From positions 294,452-358,451 of the forward strand of contig JAKMXF010000322.1 in assembly GCA_024704765.1 (NCBI GenBank): 64,000 nucleotides of DNA, read 5' to 3'. This stretch comes from Oopsacas minuta. Lineage: Eukaryota; Animalia; Porifera. A model generated the notes under the pieces. It worked only from the letters and a program-made list of their open reading frames with translations. It was not told the DNA's origin and searched no databases. Shown piece by piece: positions 27,012 through 38,951 of the stretch. Position 1 is the stretch's first letter. Each line of letters opens with the position of its first letter. Made by a program: the position numbers and the translations under genes.

Positions 27012-27876
27012 TGTTCATAAATATGAACTCTGCATATTCCTCTTCTTATATAGTGCATTATATGTCATATCCATTTCATATAACAGTTTGTTAGTTTGTT
27101 TGTTTTTATACTTTTGCATATTATTGCTAGGATGGCAGGAATGTCGTTATTATGTCGCGAATAACGTGTTAAAATGTGATATATCAAGTTACACAATCTA
27201 ATATTTATTCACTAATACATTTACGTGTATAATTATTAATATTTGCATCCATGGTTATTATCTGTTAGTAATACAAATAGTGCATTTAATATGTCATAAA
27301 TATGGATAATATGGACAGCTGATGAATGAACCCCAGCCCTCATAGGCCCTCTCGTCCCTCCCCCAAGGGGAAGGTGACAATAAATTGATTACAAGTATAT
27401 CATCTATAATTCTGTCTATTTAGTCATGGACAGGGAGAGGTGTTATAGACTTTAAACCACTCAGATTTGTTCTTATTGTGTAACTTATATGAACTATTTT
27501 ATCTTAGCAACCATTGTGTAAGCATGTTATGCTAGATAATATATACCTGATTATTCACCATCTGCTAAAGGGAGGTTCTAAGTCATGTGTAGCAAATACC
27601 AATGGTACTAAGCTATCACTAGGGTAACTAATATTGGTAAATTAACAGATTCTGTGGACACTTCCCCTAGTCTACAATCATTTTGAGATCCTGTGGTGCT
27701 GTCGTGGACCGTTGGGTTAATATGACACCTATTCTGTCTACTAATCATACCGTATACACGTGCTACCTGTAATTGGCTATGTAGACGAATATCATTTCGC
27801 TGTAATTAATAATTAAGCAAGACTGTAAAGGCAAAACTTCATATTTATCATATAAGTAAAATTAACACTTAAGGTG

Positions 27877-27935
27877 GTTACGTGAGACAGGAGGGCTATT
27901 TCTTAGGGTGTTACGTGAGACAGGAGGGATATTTC
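27877..27935. repeat. Two 26-bp direct repeats GTTACGTGAGACAGGAGGG(C/A)TATTTC
   Basis: Copies start at 27877 and 27910. Confidence 0.85.
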
Positions 27936-28028
27936 CCCTATAAACTACACTTCTATTCAATTATTAATCTCTCAAAATTAGAATATGATAATTATAGTTC
28001 TCTGTTAATTAACAAGTGATTAATCCTT

Positions 28029-30192
28029 TTAATACACAACATTATAGTGTCTGTCATCCTCTGCACTAAGTGGCAGTGTAACAGCTGTATTAGGCAGAGA
28101 TGAGTCGCCTTTTGGTGGATACAATGTCTCAAAATCCTGCTCTCCGATACACTTCAATCGGAATACTTGTATTCTGACATTAAGCGCTTTTCCAAGTAAG
28201 AACATTTCAATCTAAAAATAGAAATATATAAATTCCCGCCAGATTATTTGGCGCCCTAACTAACCTGTTCTAATCCTAGAGTATCTCCCACACGGTTAAG
28301 ATGATATTCAAAGAATTCCTGTAGACTACTGGAATTATCTCTAAGTGTTAAAAACAGGAACCAATCTGGTATCTCCTTTCCTTGATCCTGCTTCTGGTAT
28401 AAATCGACAGCTTGTGAGAACATTAGGAACTTAACAAACTCCATTAGTTTTGCATCTAGCTGGAATACTCCAGCTGATTGTTCATTCAATTGATCTACAA
28501 CTATTTTCCTACGTGCTTCATGTGACTTCAATTTTAACTTCTCACACTAGGGAATTGATATTGTAAATATTTGTGTGTCTGTCTGCTTGTTAGTTTGTCT
28601 ATTTGTCTATCTTTTTGTTTGTGTCTGTTCGTTAGTTTGTTTATTTGTGTTTACTTACAATATCATAGAAGGCCTCTATACACTCTCTTAAATCTATCAT
28701 AGGATTCTTCTTCCCTGCCCTCAGTTTAGTGTTCTGTCCAAAACTCCAATTCTTAACACAGTTACCGTGCTGTCCACTCACATAATCCAATCTCTCAATA
28801 GCTTTATTCAGGGTAGGAAATATAGCGAGAACTGTTTTGGAAATGTCACTCAAAGTTAGAATTTGGAAAAGAATTGATCTCAGTGCACAATAGTTGTCTC
28901 CCCGTACTCTCCGTATAAATAGGTACCCTATACTCTGCACCCTTTTATAACCCTAATATACAAACAAATAAACATAAACAATCTGTTTACAAAACAAATA
29001 CTTGTTTACTTACATTTTTCATCCTGATAGCGTTAGGTTTAGTAGTGGCCCATTCCTTGTTAGCGTAAGCCATGATATCAAATTCTTGCTCAATGCTATA
29101 TCTCTTGATTTGTTGTGTAAACAAATCAGGCTGTGATTCTGCCTAAACAAACAAACAAATAATAAATAACTTATAATTATCAATAGATACGAGCTGGGTA
29201 TAATGGAATGTCATATGGTACCTGTCTGAATTGTTTGTTATCGGGCCGTTTGAATGCTCTACACACACCCCTATACCATCCCTGTAGCAAAGATTCTCCC
29301 CCCTGGGGGCTAGTGTCTCCTGCTATATTTGTTACTGTCAGAGATGTGGTGGATAGTCTGTTATGTCTAGAATTGGGGTTCATGTTACCTGTACCCGTGT
29401 TCCTCCTCTGAGGGTACCCAAAACCAATCGATACCATTTCTGTATCTGCCTCATTAATTGAAGTATTATAGTGCGCCATGTATTCTGCCACTTTATTAGT
29501 GTTTCTGTATTTATACTAGCTTACACAGACTATTATTAGAATTAGTAATATTGAAAGTTATAGATCAAGAGTGCGTCAATCAAATGATTCAGTTTTACAA
29601 TGTGACTTGCTTAGAAATGTTATTTGTTTACTCAAGTGTTTACATATGATTTGGTGTTAAGTTGGAATTATGGATACTGGTGTAGGAGCAATATGGATTC
29701 AAAACTGGAGTATTTAGTTCCAGTTCTGTTTATGAGTATATATCACGCTTAAGACCCCCACTCGCTATCCTCCGTATGGTACTGATTGGTTGGGGAGGAA
29801 TCAGCTGAGATGTTAACTGTATTTAACACCTCTGGGTTTATACATGAGTATACTAGTTATTTGTTTAGGTGTGAATTATATCATATGCTATTATGCCGTA
29901 TTGTTATTTATTGACTAACCTTATTCTGTTTGAATCTTCCGAAAAATCTTTTCTTTTCCATAGCAACGGATATGAATATTTGATCAGGATTCTGTGAGGA
30001 ATGTTCTTGAGGTGTTAAGAATATTAATCTGTCTTTATGCATGTTTTTTCGTTTTACATCGTTGGAATTTGGTAAATCTCGTTTAGGTGGTTTTGCCACC
30101 TCTACACTGTGCCGGTTCATTGGTCCATTTGTCCCACTACTTTTGTCCCTCGAGAGGAACACTGAAGATGAGTTTTTATTTTTCGAAAACAT
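28029..30192 (-). CDS. OTULIN: OTULIN/FAM105 deubiquitinase; 5' exons uncertain
   Basis: DIMAYANKEW; IRRVRGDNYCALRSILFQ (catalytic Cys); HLNRVGDTLGLEQ|IEMFLLG; AEDDRHYNV (catalytic His/Asn). Confidence 0.88.
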
Positions 30193-30585
30193 TTTGTTTG
30201 TTCTTCGATCCAATTTGAATTTATATTAGAGCGAATGCCTATCCACCCTATTGGTTACTAGGTATTCTGTTAATTGTTTCAATAATGCAAAGAATATTAT
30301 TATTATTTATATTATTATTATTAATATTCTAATTATTTGCAACTTTTGTAGAAAAATTCACACGAGACATAGCAACCAGAAATTCTTATAAATTTGTCTA
30401 ATATTAGAAATTGAAAGTTAAGAATTGATTAAACAAAATTTGATACTTTTGTGGAATGTTATTAATATGTAAAATATTCTGCAAATTGGTGACAAATGCA
30501 TTTTTAGTAAATCTACACAAATACATGATAAACTAATAATCAACAACAACAAACCAATAAACATACAAATAAAAACAAACAGCAA

Positions 30586-31686
30586 TTATTGAAAACTTTT
30601 TATTTGTCTTCTGGTATCAAATTTGGGCGAGAACACGCTTTGATTATAATAGCAACGAGGTGGAGGCGCTGGAATGCTTTCTCTCTTCACATACCTACCG
30701 TAACTAGGATACATTAACAACCGCAGGAATGTGATAAATACAGCATAACCTCGTCAATGAGGTTATACCGTAAATATCTTACCTATAATCTGGTTGAGGG
30801 GGCAGATTCATGTTTTGGTAGTCTGCTATCACTCTGGGATTTCTGTTTGTGAGTGAGCCTGTCACATTTATAGGTGTCATACTTGTGTTCGCAGCCTCGA
30901 ATGATTCTGTCGCTTCAAATGAGTCATATGGTGATTCATTTATCTCTGTTACTGGCGCCACTAATATAACACTTATCAATAATGGTGTGAATATAAATGT
31001 ATAGACCTATAACAAAACTTCCGAATAAGTAAATTATTGAAATTATATGGTTTAATCATACAAGTATTCTGTTAGGTGTTATGTGAACCTATTTTCTCCC
31101 TTAGTTATATAATTGTACCCGTGTGTAATTGTGTATTTGATATGTGTAATCATCATTAGAATACAAAATGTGTTTTTATCAGAAAATGAACTTTCATTTT
31201 TATATTATTAATATTCTTAGAATTAGAAAACAAATTTCCTTAAAAGGACACATTTGTTTATTTTATATTCATATGATTAATCATATCCACAATCTTTTCC
31301 CGTTTGTTTGTTTGTTGTTTGAGGTAATACACTAAAAGTTTGTTTGTTTGCATTTTTGTATTACAAATTTTGTATATTTACCTGATTCTTGATTTTGTAG
31401 TTTGTTGTTCTTCTCAAAAGTCTTATAAAGCCTTTTTCCAACTATTCTCTTTACTAAGCTGACAGATTCAGGTGTTACGTCACGTTTTGGCGCCTGATTT
31501 GGTCGTGTATATATGTGACTGCTACGTGCCTCACTCTAGAAATACAAATCATTATATAGGCGGGTAAATGCGGGTAATCATATAAATATAACTAACGATA
31601 TCTCTTCCTAGCCTATGGTGTAGCTGGTCATGAGTACAACTAGCCTTCTCTCTCTTCTCTCTTGTCCTGTTCAGTAATCCACTCAT
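30586..31686 (-). CDS. Small multi-exon gene of unknown function
   Basis: Plausible spliced chain MSGLLNRTREKREK..., LVKRIVGKRLYKTFEK..., ORF 30779-30979 and terminal exon SYGRYVKRESIPAPPPR...; no recognised domain. Confidence 0.35.
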
Positions 31687-32373
31687 GACTACGGAAAGTA
31701 TTTATTGGAATTTAATATTAACACACGAGACGTGTTTACAATATAATTGAATTCCAATCAGCCATCGCGTCGTTAGGCTAATTGAATTTCAAATTAATTA
31801 GCCTAGAATATTATTAATAATTGCTATTAATACTTGTTGTTATTTGTGTCATATTTACGCGGCTAATCATGTATCTGTTTACGAGTGTTGTTGTTATTGT
31901 TTACTTTAAGGCTCAATCGTCTGAAAATTCTTACAATTTCTGACACAAAGAATTCAAACCTTTTGCATTGCTTTGTTTTATTATTTATGTATTCTGATAG
32001 ATCTTAATTGTAGCATTCCTAAGTGTCAAAATGGTATCCATCTTTGTGGCTTGACATGAGAATTTTTATAGAACAGCTGTAACATTCCTGAATGGTTTCC
32101 ATAGCAACGTATATGGTAAATAGGTATCTTATGAGAATTAAAATGCGCTAATTATTTGTAATATTTGTGGATAATATTTTCGCAGAATTCAAATTCTAAA
32201 GAACTCCATAGTTACACAATAGTATCATTGCTATTTAGGTTATCTATATTGCTGTTATGAACTTTTTAACACCTTTTAGCTATATAAGGAGTTATAAAGT
32301 AACTTACAATTCAAGCGTTTGTGAAGAGCTCTAAAGATAGAATTTATTAATATTAACTGGATCAGGGATAATA

Positions 32374-33240
32374 CAGTGTATACTGGTTATAAGAACAGTT
32401 ATCCAGAGGATGGTGCTTATATCCGGTATACTGGTTATAAGAACAGTAATCCAGAGGATGGTGCTTATATCCGGTATACTGGTTATAAGAACAGTAATCC
32501 AGAGGATGGTGCTTATATCCGGTATACTGGTTATAAGAACAGTAATCCAGAGGATGGTGCTTATATCCGGTATACTGGTTATAAGAACAGTAATCCAGAG
32601 GATGGTGCTTATATCCGGTATACTGGTTATAAGAACAGTAATCCAGAGGATGGTGCTTATATCCGGTATACTGGTTATAAGAACAGTAATCCAGAGGATG
32701 GTGCTTATATCCGGTATACTGGTTATAAGAACAGTAATCCAGAGGATGGTGCTTATATCCGGTATACTGGTTATAAGAACAGTTATCCAGAGGATGGTGC
32801 TTATATCCGGTATACTGGTTATAAGAACAGTAATCAGAGGATGGTGCTTATATCCGGTAATGGTTATAAGAAATAATGGAGGTGCTTATATCCGGTATAC
32901 TGGTTATAAGAACAGTTATCATCCAGAGGATGGTGCTTATATCCGGTATACTGTTATAAGAACAGTTATCCAGATACTGGTTATAAGAACAGTTATCCAG
33001 GGATGGTGCTTATATCCGGTATACTGGTTATAAGAACAGTAATCCAGAGGATGGTGCTTATATCCCAGTAATCCAGAGGATGGTGCTTATATCCGGTATA
33101 CTTATAAGAACAGTTATCCAGAGGATGTGCTTATATCCGGTATACTGGTTATAAGAACAGTATCCAGAGGATGGTGCTTATATCCGGTATACTGGTTATA
33201 AGAACAGTAATCCAGAGGATGGTGCTTATATCCGGTATAC
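32374..33240. repeat. 48-bp tandem satellite, about 18 copies, degenerating towards the 3' end
   Basis: Unit CCGGTATACTGGTTATAAGAACAGTAATCCAGAGGATGGTGCTTATAT. Confidence 0.97.
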
Positions 33241-33802
33241 TATGGGTATATATAATCTGACAGTTGTTTATGAATGTTATTGTAAACAAATATGTAGTAA
33301 ATAACAACAAAATTCTAAGTTGTAAAATAACCTAAAGAGTTGTTATTGTTTGTATTTATATTTGTTAATATTTCTCACTTTTCATTATCTTTCTTAAGAG
33401 GCGCGTCTTCCTAGATAAAATATCATATGATTAATCATTCACACCTCTTATAACAGTATAATTATTAGTGTAAACAAACCTCTGAATGTTCTTTATTAAA
33501 TAAATACAAACAACAACAAATAGCTTTGAAATTCATTTCCTTAAATAAATATTTCCTTAAACAAATTCTTATATATTTTATCAGCTGTGTGCATACTGGC
33601 TTCTGACATTTGATTGGTTAGTCTTGAAGCCAATCTGTCGTACTATGGCTCTACTTGTGTACACAATTGTTTACTTGTTTGTTTTATGAATATTTAATTG
33701 TATAAATACCCGCCTTGTTTGTTTGTTTGTTTACTTGTTTGTTTAGATAAATAGCTATGTCATATAAAGGTTTGTTATTTATTCATATATGTTTACACAA
33801 TT

Positions 33803-33948
33803 AACTCCGGTCATATCTAAGCTGAGGGGGCTGTGATAATTCCTTTGATGTAACCAATGGAATATTTGTTACTTTGACGGTTTGAGACCATATTTGTATT
33901 ATTTCACACTTCGATATTAGCGGGTATTTCTGTATATCCGTGTTAGAT
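33803..33948 (-). mobile_element. MITE-like repeat family A copy
   Basis: Its reverse complement aligns with 13937-14083. Confidence 0.65.
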
Positions 33949-33977
33949 AAAACAGGAATTGATTGTAATTAGTTATC

Positions 33978-34057
33978 GCTTATAAGAACACAGATTATAA
34001 GCGCCATCCTCTGTAATCAGATCTCATATATTCCTGTATTTATACCGGTTATAAGAC
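33978..34057 (-). mobile_element. Dispersed short element family B copy
   Basis: TATAAGCGCCATCCTCTG...ATATTCCTG...TACCGGTTATAAG is the reverse complement of 12986-13052 and of satellite motifs. Confidence 0.6.
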
Positions 34058-34134
34058 ATGTATAGCTACTCACAAGGGTGTTCATATAACCGGCATACGT
34101 ACTGTATTATTGTTATTATTATTGTTGTTTACAG

Positions 34135-34544
34135 ATGATATCCTTGAGATGGAGAATGATCGTCTGGAAGAGGAAATGGCTAACAGAGTATCTCTTATGA
34201 AGAATGTAAGATGATTGGTTAATATCAACCAATCATATTTTATAGTTTACTGTATTAGCTAGCTACTGGTCTGAGACAGGAGAGTATACAGCAAACTGAT
34301 TGGATTAATCATAAGGTGTTATATCTTATTTTCTACTAATTGTAAACATGTTATTGTTATTGTTTACTTGTAGAGAGACGTGTTTACGCGGGCTGACACA
34401 TTGATGGGTATCAGCTGGTCTCGTGTCAAAGATGCAACACAGAATTCCTCAAATAACAGAAAGCTTATTTGTTATTTTGCTATCGGGGGTGTATTCGTGT
34501 TCTGTTTAGTTTTCTATCTTATTAAGAGATTGTTATCTCACTGA
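34135..34544 (+). CDS. BET1: BET1-type Qc-SNARE (three exons; first exon not identified)
   Basis: DILEMENDRLEEEMANRVSLMKN|LATGLRQESIQQ...|...NRKLICYFAIGGVFVFCLVFYLIKR: SNARE coil plus C-terminal TM. Confidence 0.75.
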
Positions 34545-34634
34545 ATATATTATATCCATGGTACATATTCCATTCATAAGTCATATTTTTCAGAATATAA
34601 GTGTTAGATTATTTGATAGAATAGCCTAGTTACG

Positions 34635-35449
34635 ATGGGGGCCTACAAGTATGTAGAGGAATTGTATCGCAAGAAACAGTCAGACTTGATGAAGTTTGTT
34701 CAGAGGATAAGGTGTTGGCAGTTCAGACAGCTTACTGCTATTCACCGGGCTCCAAGACCCACTCGACCGGATAAGGTATGAACAGAGCATAGATATTCAT
34801 TCAATATTTGATTCGACATTTACTGATGCATTCCATTCTCTCAGGCTCGTCGTCTTGGTTACAAAGCTAAACAGGGTTATGTGATATATCGTATTAGAGT
34901 CCGTAGAGGAGGAAGGAAAAGACAAGTACCCAAAGGTGCTGTTTATGGTAAACCTGTACACCAAGGTGTTAATCAGCTGAAATTTCAAAGAAGTAAACAA
35001 GCTGTAGCAGAGGTTAGTGTTTGTTTGTTTGTTTGTTTGTTTGTTTGTTAGTTTGTTTACTTGTTTACTTATCTAGGAGAAGGCAGGCAGACACTGTGCG
35101 GCTCTTAGAGTCCTTAACTCTTACTGGGTAGGACAAGATTCTACTTTCAAATATTTTGAAGTTATACTCGTAGATCCTTTCCATAAAGCTATAAGAAGGT
35201 AACACATTCACATACCTATGTCCATAATGGTTACTAAGGTTATGCATTATTTATTCTATTAATAGAGATGCTCGTATCCAATGGATTTGCAAGGCTGTGC
35301 ATAAACACAGAGAGCTTCGGGGGCTGACTTCAGCTGGGAGGAAGAACAGGGGACTAGGAAAGGGACACAGACATACTAAGGTGACCGGAGGGTCTAGACG
35401 GGCTTCTTGGAAGCGAAGGAATACTCTATCTCTCCGTAGATACCGCTAG
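34635..35449 (+). CDS. RPL15: 60S ribosomal protein L15 (4 exons)
   Basis: [17 protein letters not shown]...RPTRPDK|[26 protein letters not shown]...; ends [10 protein letters not shown]. Confidence 0.98.
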
Positions 35450-35534
35450 GGTGTTTAGAATATTAGTACATTCTTTAGAAACACTTGGTAACTAGGTTAT
35501 TTCGAGTTATTTAATTATTAGAATAATATGAAGA

Positions 35535-36144
35535 TGTAGTATACATTCCTTGTGAGCTATCTGGTATCCTAGCAGAGCTATCTCTGTAAGAACCAGGAGA
35601 AGTGTTAGAATACTTACAAATGGAACTATTTCCTTCTTAACATTCCTGAATGGGTGGAGTAACCATGTGTATCAGAAGAGGTGGGACACAAACAGACGCC
35701 ACATTCCACCACCTAGCTCTGACATAAGCCTCGATACATATTCTCTCTGGAAATTCCTTTAAGGAACTAATTGTAGTTTAGTTTCATTATCCAATAATTA
35801 GATTAATATTTGTGACACTAGAGATGTCACAATTTAGTTAGGACAGCTCTGCTAGTATAAGACACAAGAATATTTGTTTATAGCAATTCACTAACTGTTT
35901 ATCTTTTTCATAATTTAGAAACAAATAACAACAAAATGACAAACAATAACACCCAAGTAATAGCCCCTTAGATCCTGTCGAGTTACAAATAAACCAGCTA
36001 TTCGATCGTATGATTGATCGCCTCAATCAGAGACGGGTAGAGCTCTTAAACTCCTACCACTTCATTAAGAAGGAAATAGCATCGAGGCCATTAGCACGCG
36101 TCAGGAAGGAGGAGGAATTGCTAGGATTGAGAGCTGATACGGAG
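35535..36144 (+). repeat. Inverted duplicate of 18820-19429
   Basis: Near-identical reverse complement. Confidence 0.95.
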
Positions 36145-37058
36145 TAAAACAAATACTTCCAGGTGTTAGAACATCTCAGTCTGATACCCACATCATATTT
36201 CGTTGTGATGCTAAACATATAGAGGAGGAAGTGTCAAGTTTAGGAGAGGTTATGGAGGTACCCACTTCCCCTAAATATGACCTAATGAAACCTGTAGTTA
36301 CTGTGAGAGGGTTCTTTAATCCTTGGGGTGTAGCTGTGGATGATGACATAGGATTCATTTATGTTACTGATTGGTCTATCCCTATAATCTCTATCTTCTC
36401 AGAGACAGGAGAATTCCTAAACACTTTCACAAATCTAATTATGAGAGAGGCATGGGGTATAGCTATACGCAGAGACAAGCTATATGTCACGGATACAAGT
36501 GTAGATGCTTTGTTCTATTTTCAATTCGATGCAGGCCTCCATCTTGTAGGTACATTTGGTAATGGTAGGGGATCTGCTGATAATCAGTTCGATTATCCTA
36601 ATGGCATCACAGTAAATATCAGACCATGACAATCACAGAATTAAGATCTTAGATTCATTCTTAAGAGTCAAAACACACATAACTAATCACAATATGTCTT
36701 GGCCTCGTGACGTTAAGCTGACACAAGATGAGGTGTATGTGCTATGTGATAGCTCTCCGTGTGTATTCGTATTCTCTTATTCGGGAGGATGATATGGTTC
36801 CTCATCACCTAGGGTGAAAGAGAATACTATGACTCTGAAGTAATGAATCCTTATTTCTTGTGTGTAGACCATAACAAATGTGTAATTATAAGTGATTCTG
36901 AAGATAAAGTTAAGATATTCTCTGATGATGAATCTCTCCTGCATGTCATACAGGGAGATGAAGTAATAGAGCTTAGAGGTGTAGTTCTTCTAACTAATAA
37001 TCACATGTTAGTAGTTGTATTCCGGAGTCGGGGACTACAAATATTTTCTTTTAATTAA
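35936..37058 (+). pseudogene. Chimeric NHL-repeat pseudogene
   Basis: The 5' part is copied from the 17801-19028 gene, with an in-frame TAA right at the junction (36145-36147). A different NHL paralog follows (FFNPWGVAVD, QFDYPNGITV, LQIFSFN) with frameshifts and an internal deletion near 36620. Confidence 0.8.
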
Positions 37059-37186
37059 CTTGTTGTTATTTACTTCTCTTGTTTATTCTTATGTGTCTCT
37101 GATTTACATCAGAATTTGTCATATTTATATTCTATTTTAATTAATCTTGCTGATTTCATGCTTACAATATATATATACATAGTTCC

Positions 37187-38712
37187 ATGGGGGGTACCAA
37201 TAATAAGCTTCAAACTGGAACTAAGAAGACGGTTAGTTCTGGTACTGAGAGGCTAGAGGACCAACAGCTGACAGAAGAAGTTATATCTACATTCCTGTAT
37301 CGACTCCATAGCAACAGAAGTTTGAAAGAGGTATGCATAATTAACTGCTCAGTGATAACAGAAACCTTTCATCAGCTGATTACAGGTATCTCTAGTCTAG
37401 AAACCAATCTGAGAATAGACCTATCAGCTGTTAATCTAGGAACAGAAGGTGTTAAGTTAATCACACCTCTACTTAGTCATTCCCCGCCTATTCTACATTC
37501 CTTAGTTATGAATGGTTGTTGTCTTGGTAACGCAGGTACTGCTCAATTATGCACGAGTATCCTGGATACTGGGAGAGCTCTCAGGAATTTGGAGCTTGGT
37601 ACTAATGGTATCACTAGCTCTGGGTTAGAAGAATGTAGCGATATTATCAGGGCTGGATTATTGAGGGGGTTGTCCCTAATTGACAACGATTTGTGTCCTC
37701 AATCAGCTGTTGTGCTTTCAAGTGGCATAGTGGCAGGGTGTCGCCTCACGTGGCTATCTCTAGGACACAATCGGATAGGCCCTGACGGATGCGAGGCGTT
37801 GGTTAGGGGACTGAATGGATGTAGCCTCCTCTGGCTAGCTCTGGGATCCAATAAGATCGGAGATAGGGGAGCAAGGAGCCTATCTGTCTGGTTGAAGGAT
37901 CCAAGTTGTGAGTTACGGAATTTAGGACTGAGTCATAACCAGATAACGGATACTGGAGCTCTATTTATACTCCGAGCTCTGCATACTAATCACTGCTCTC
38001 TAAGGTCAGATATTATTGGTTGATTACGTCACACACCTTCTGTTATTCATTTATTTTAGATATCTTGGTCTATCTCATAATTTGCTATCAGACAAGAGTT
38101 GTCAGATACTAGCTCAGCTGTTACGTAACAGGACAGCTACTTCGGTACATTATTTCACACCTCAGCGACACAAAGAGGGTGCTAGTTTGCCCCCTGAATC
38201 TGCCCTCACCCCTCAGCACCATGTCCCCCCTGTCTTCCCCCTCTGTCCTCTTTCTAAGATTTTATTAGCTGGTAACCTAATCACTGACTTCGGAGTAGCT
38301 CTGCTATCAGGAGCTATAGCTGAGAATTCCAATCTGGAGAGTCTGTCGTTAGGTAATGGCTATTTTAGAATCTAATTAGAGTGATTAATCATATTTTCAC
38401 ACTTCTCTAGCTGACAACCCGTTCGGAGACGAGGGTCTCGTTTGTCTGGGGGCTGCTCTATCCCCGGGTAACAATCTCTCCCTCAGGAGTCTGGACATTC
38501 AGGGGTCTAGAGTAACCCCGGAGGCAGAGCTGAGGTTCGTTAAGATGCTGTCCGACAGACGTACTCCTCTTAAGCTGGGAGCCCCTAGCGTCCAAGAGAG
38601 GAACATAGTGAGACCCAAGAGCGGTCCCCTCCAGAGACAAGCGAGTAAGCTGTCTGTTAGAAGTGTTAGATTATCTTTCAGGAAATCTAAATTGGAGGAA
38701 TTTCCAGTTTAA
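37187..38712 (+). CDS. Ribonuclease-inhibitor-type LRR protein (NLRC3/CARMIL-like LRR only), 3 exons, with an apparent 1-bp frameshift at about 38473
   Basis: Repeated LxxLxLxxNxIGxxG units (LTWLSLGHNRIGPDG, LLWLALGSNKIGDRG, LRNLGLSHNQITDTG). The last exon continues as SLLRSLDIQ in another frame. Confidence 0.8.
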
Positions 38713-38951
38713 GTATTTATATTTTTGTTTACTTATGTTTTAAATACTAATTGGTAACATGATCATTTGTTTATTGATCTCTTCTTCCCCTCTCCCCCTC
38801 TCCCCCTGACAGATAAACAGCTGATATAAATATTTTATTATCTTAACCCAACGCTAATTTACACATTTCTATAACACGTCATTATATGGCTGTCTATTAT
38901 CTTAAATTCCATTACTACTTTACGGTATCTATGAACTAATTAATTAGTCAG

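Noticed and set aside
27300-27800. Possible small plus-strand spliced gene (MNPSPHRPSRPSPKGK...)
   Set aside because: I could not build a consistent reading frame across the candidate exons.
32403-32414. CAGAGGATGGT in the satellite is complementary to part of the initiator tRNA-Met 3' end (possible primer-binding site)
   Set aside because: Only 11 nt match, the required 5' TGGTAG is missing, and no LTR is adjacent.
32376-33033. ORFs of (YTGYKNSNPEDGAYIR)n and (MVLISGILVIRTVIQR)n
   Set aside because: The unit length is a multiple of 3, so open frames arise automatically. They break where the array degenerates, and the unit has non-coding dispersed relatives.
32374-33240. CRISPR-like appearance of the repeat array
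   Set aside because: There are no unique spacers or cas genes, and the context is eukaryotic.
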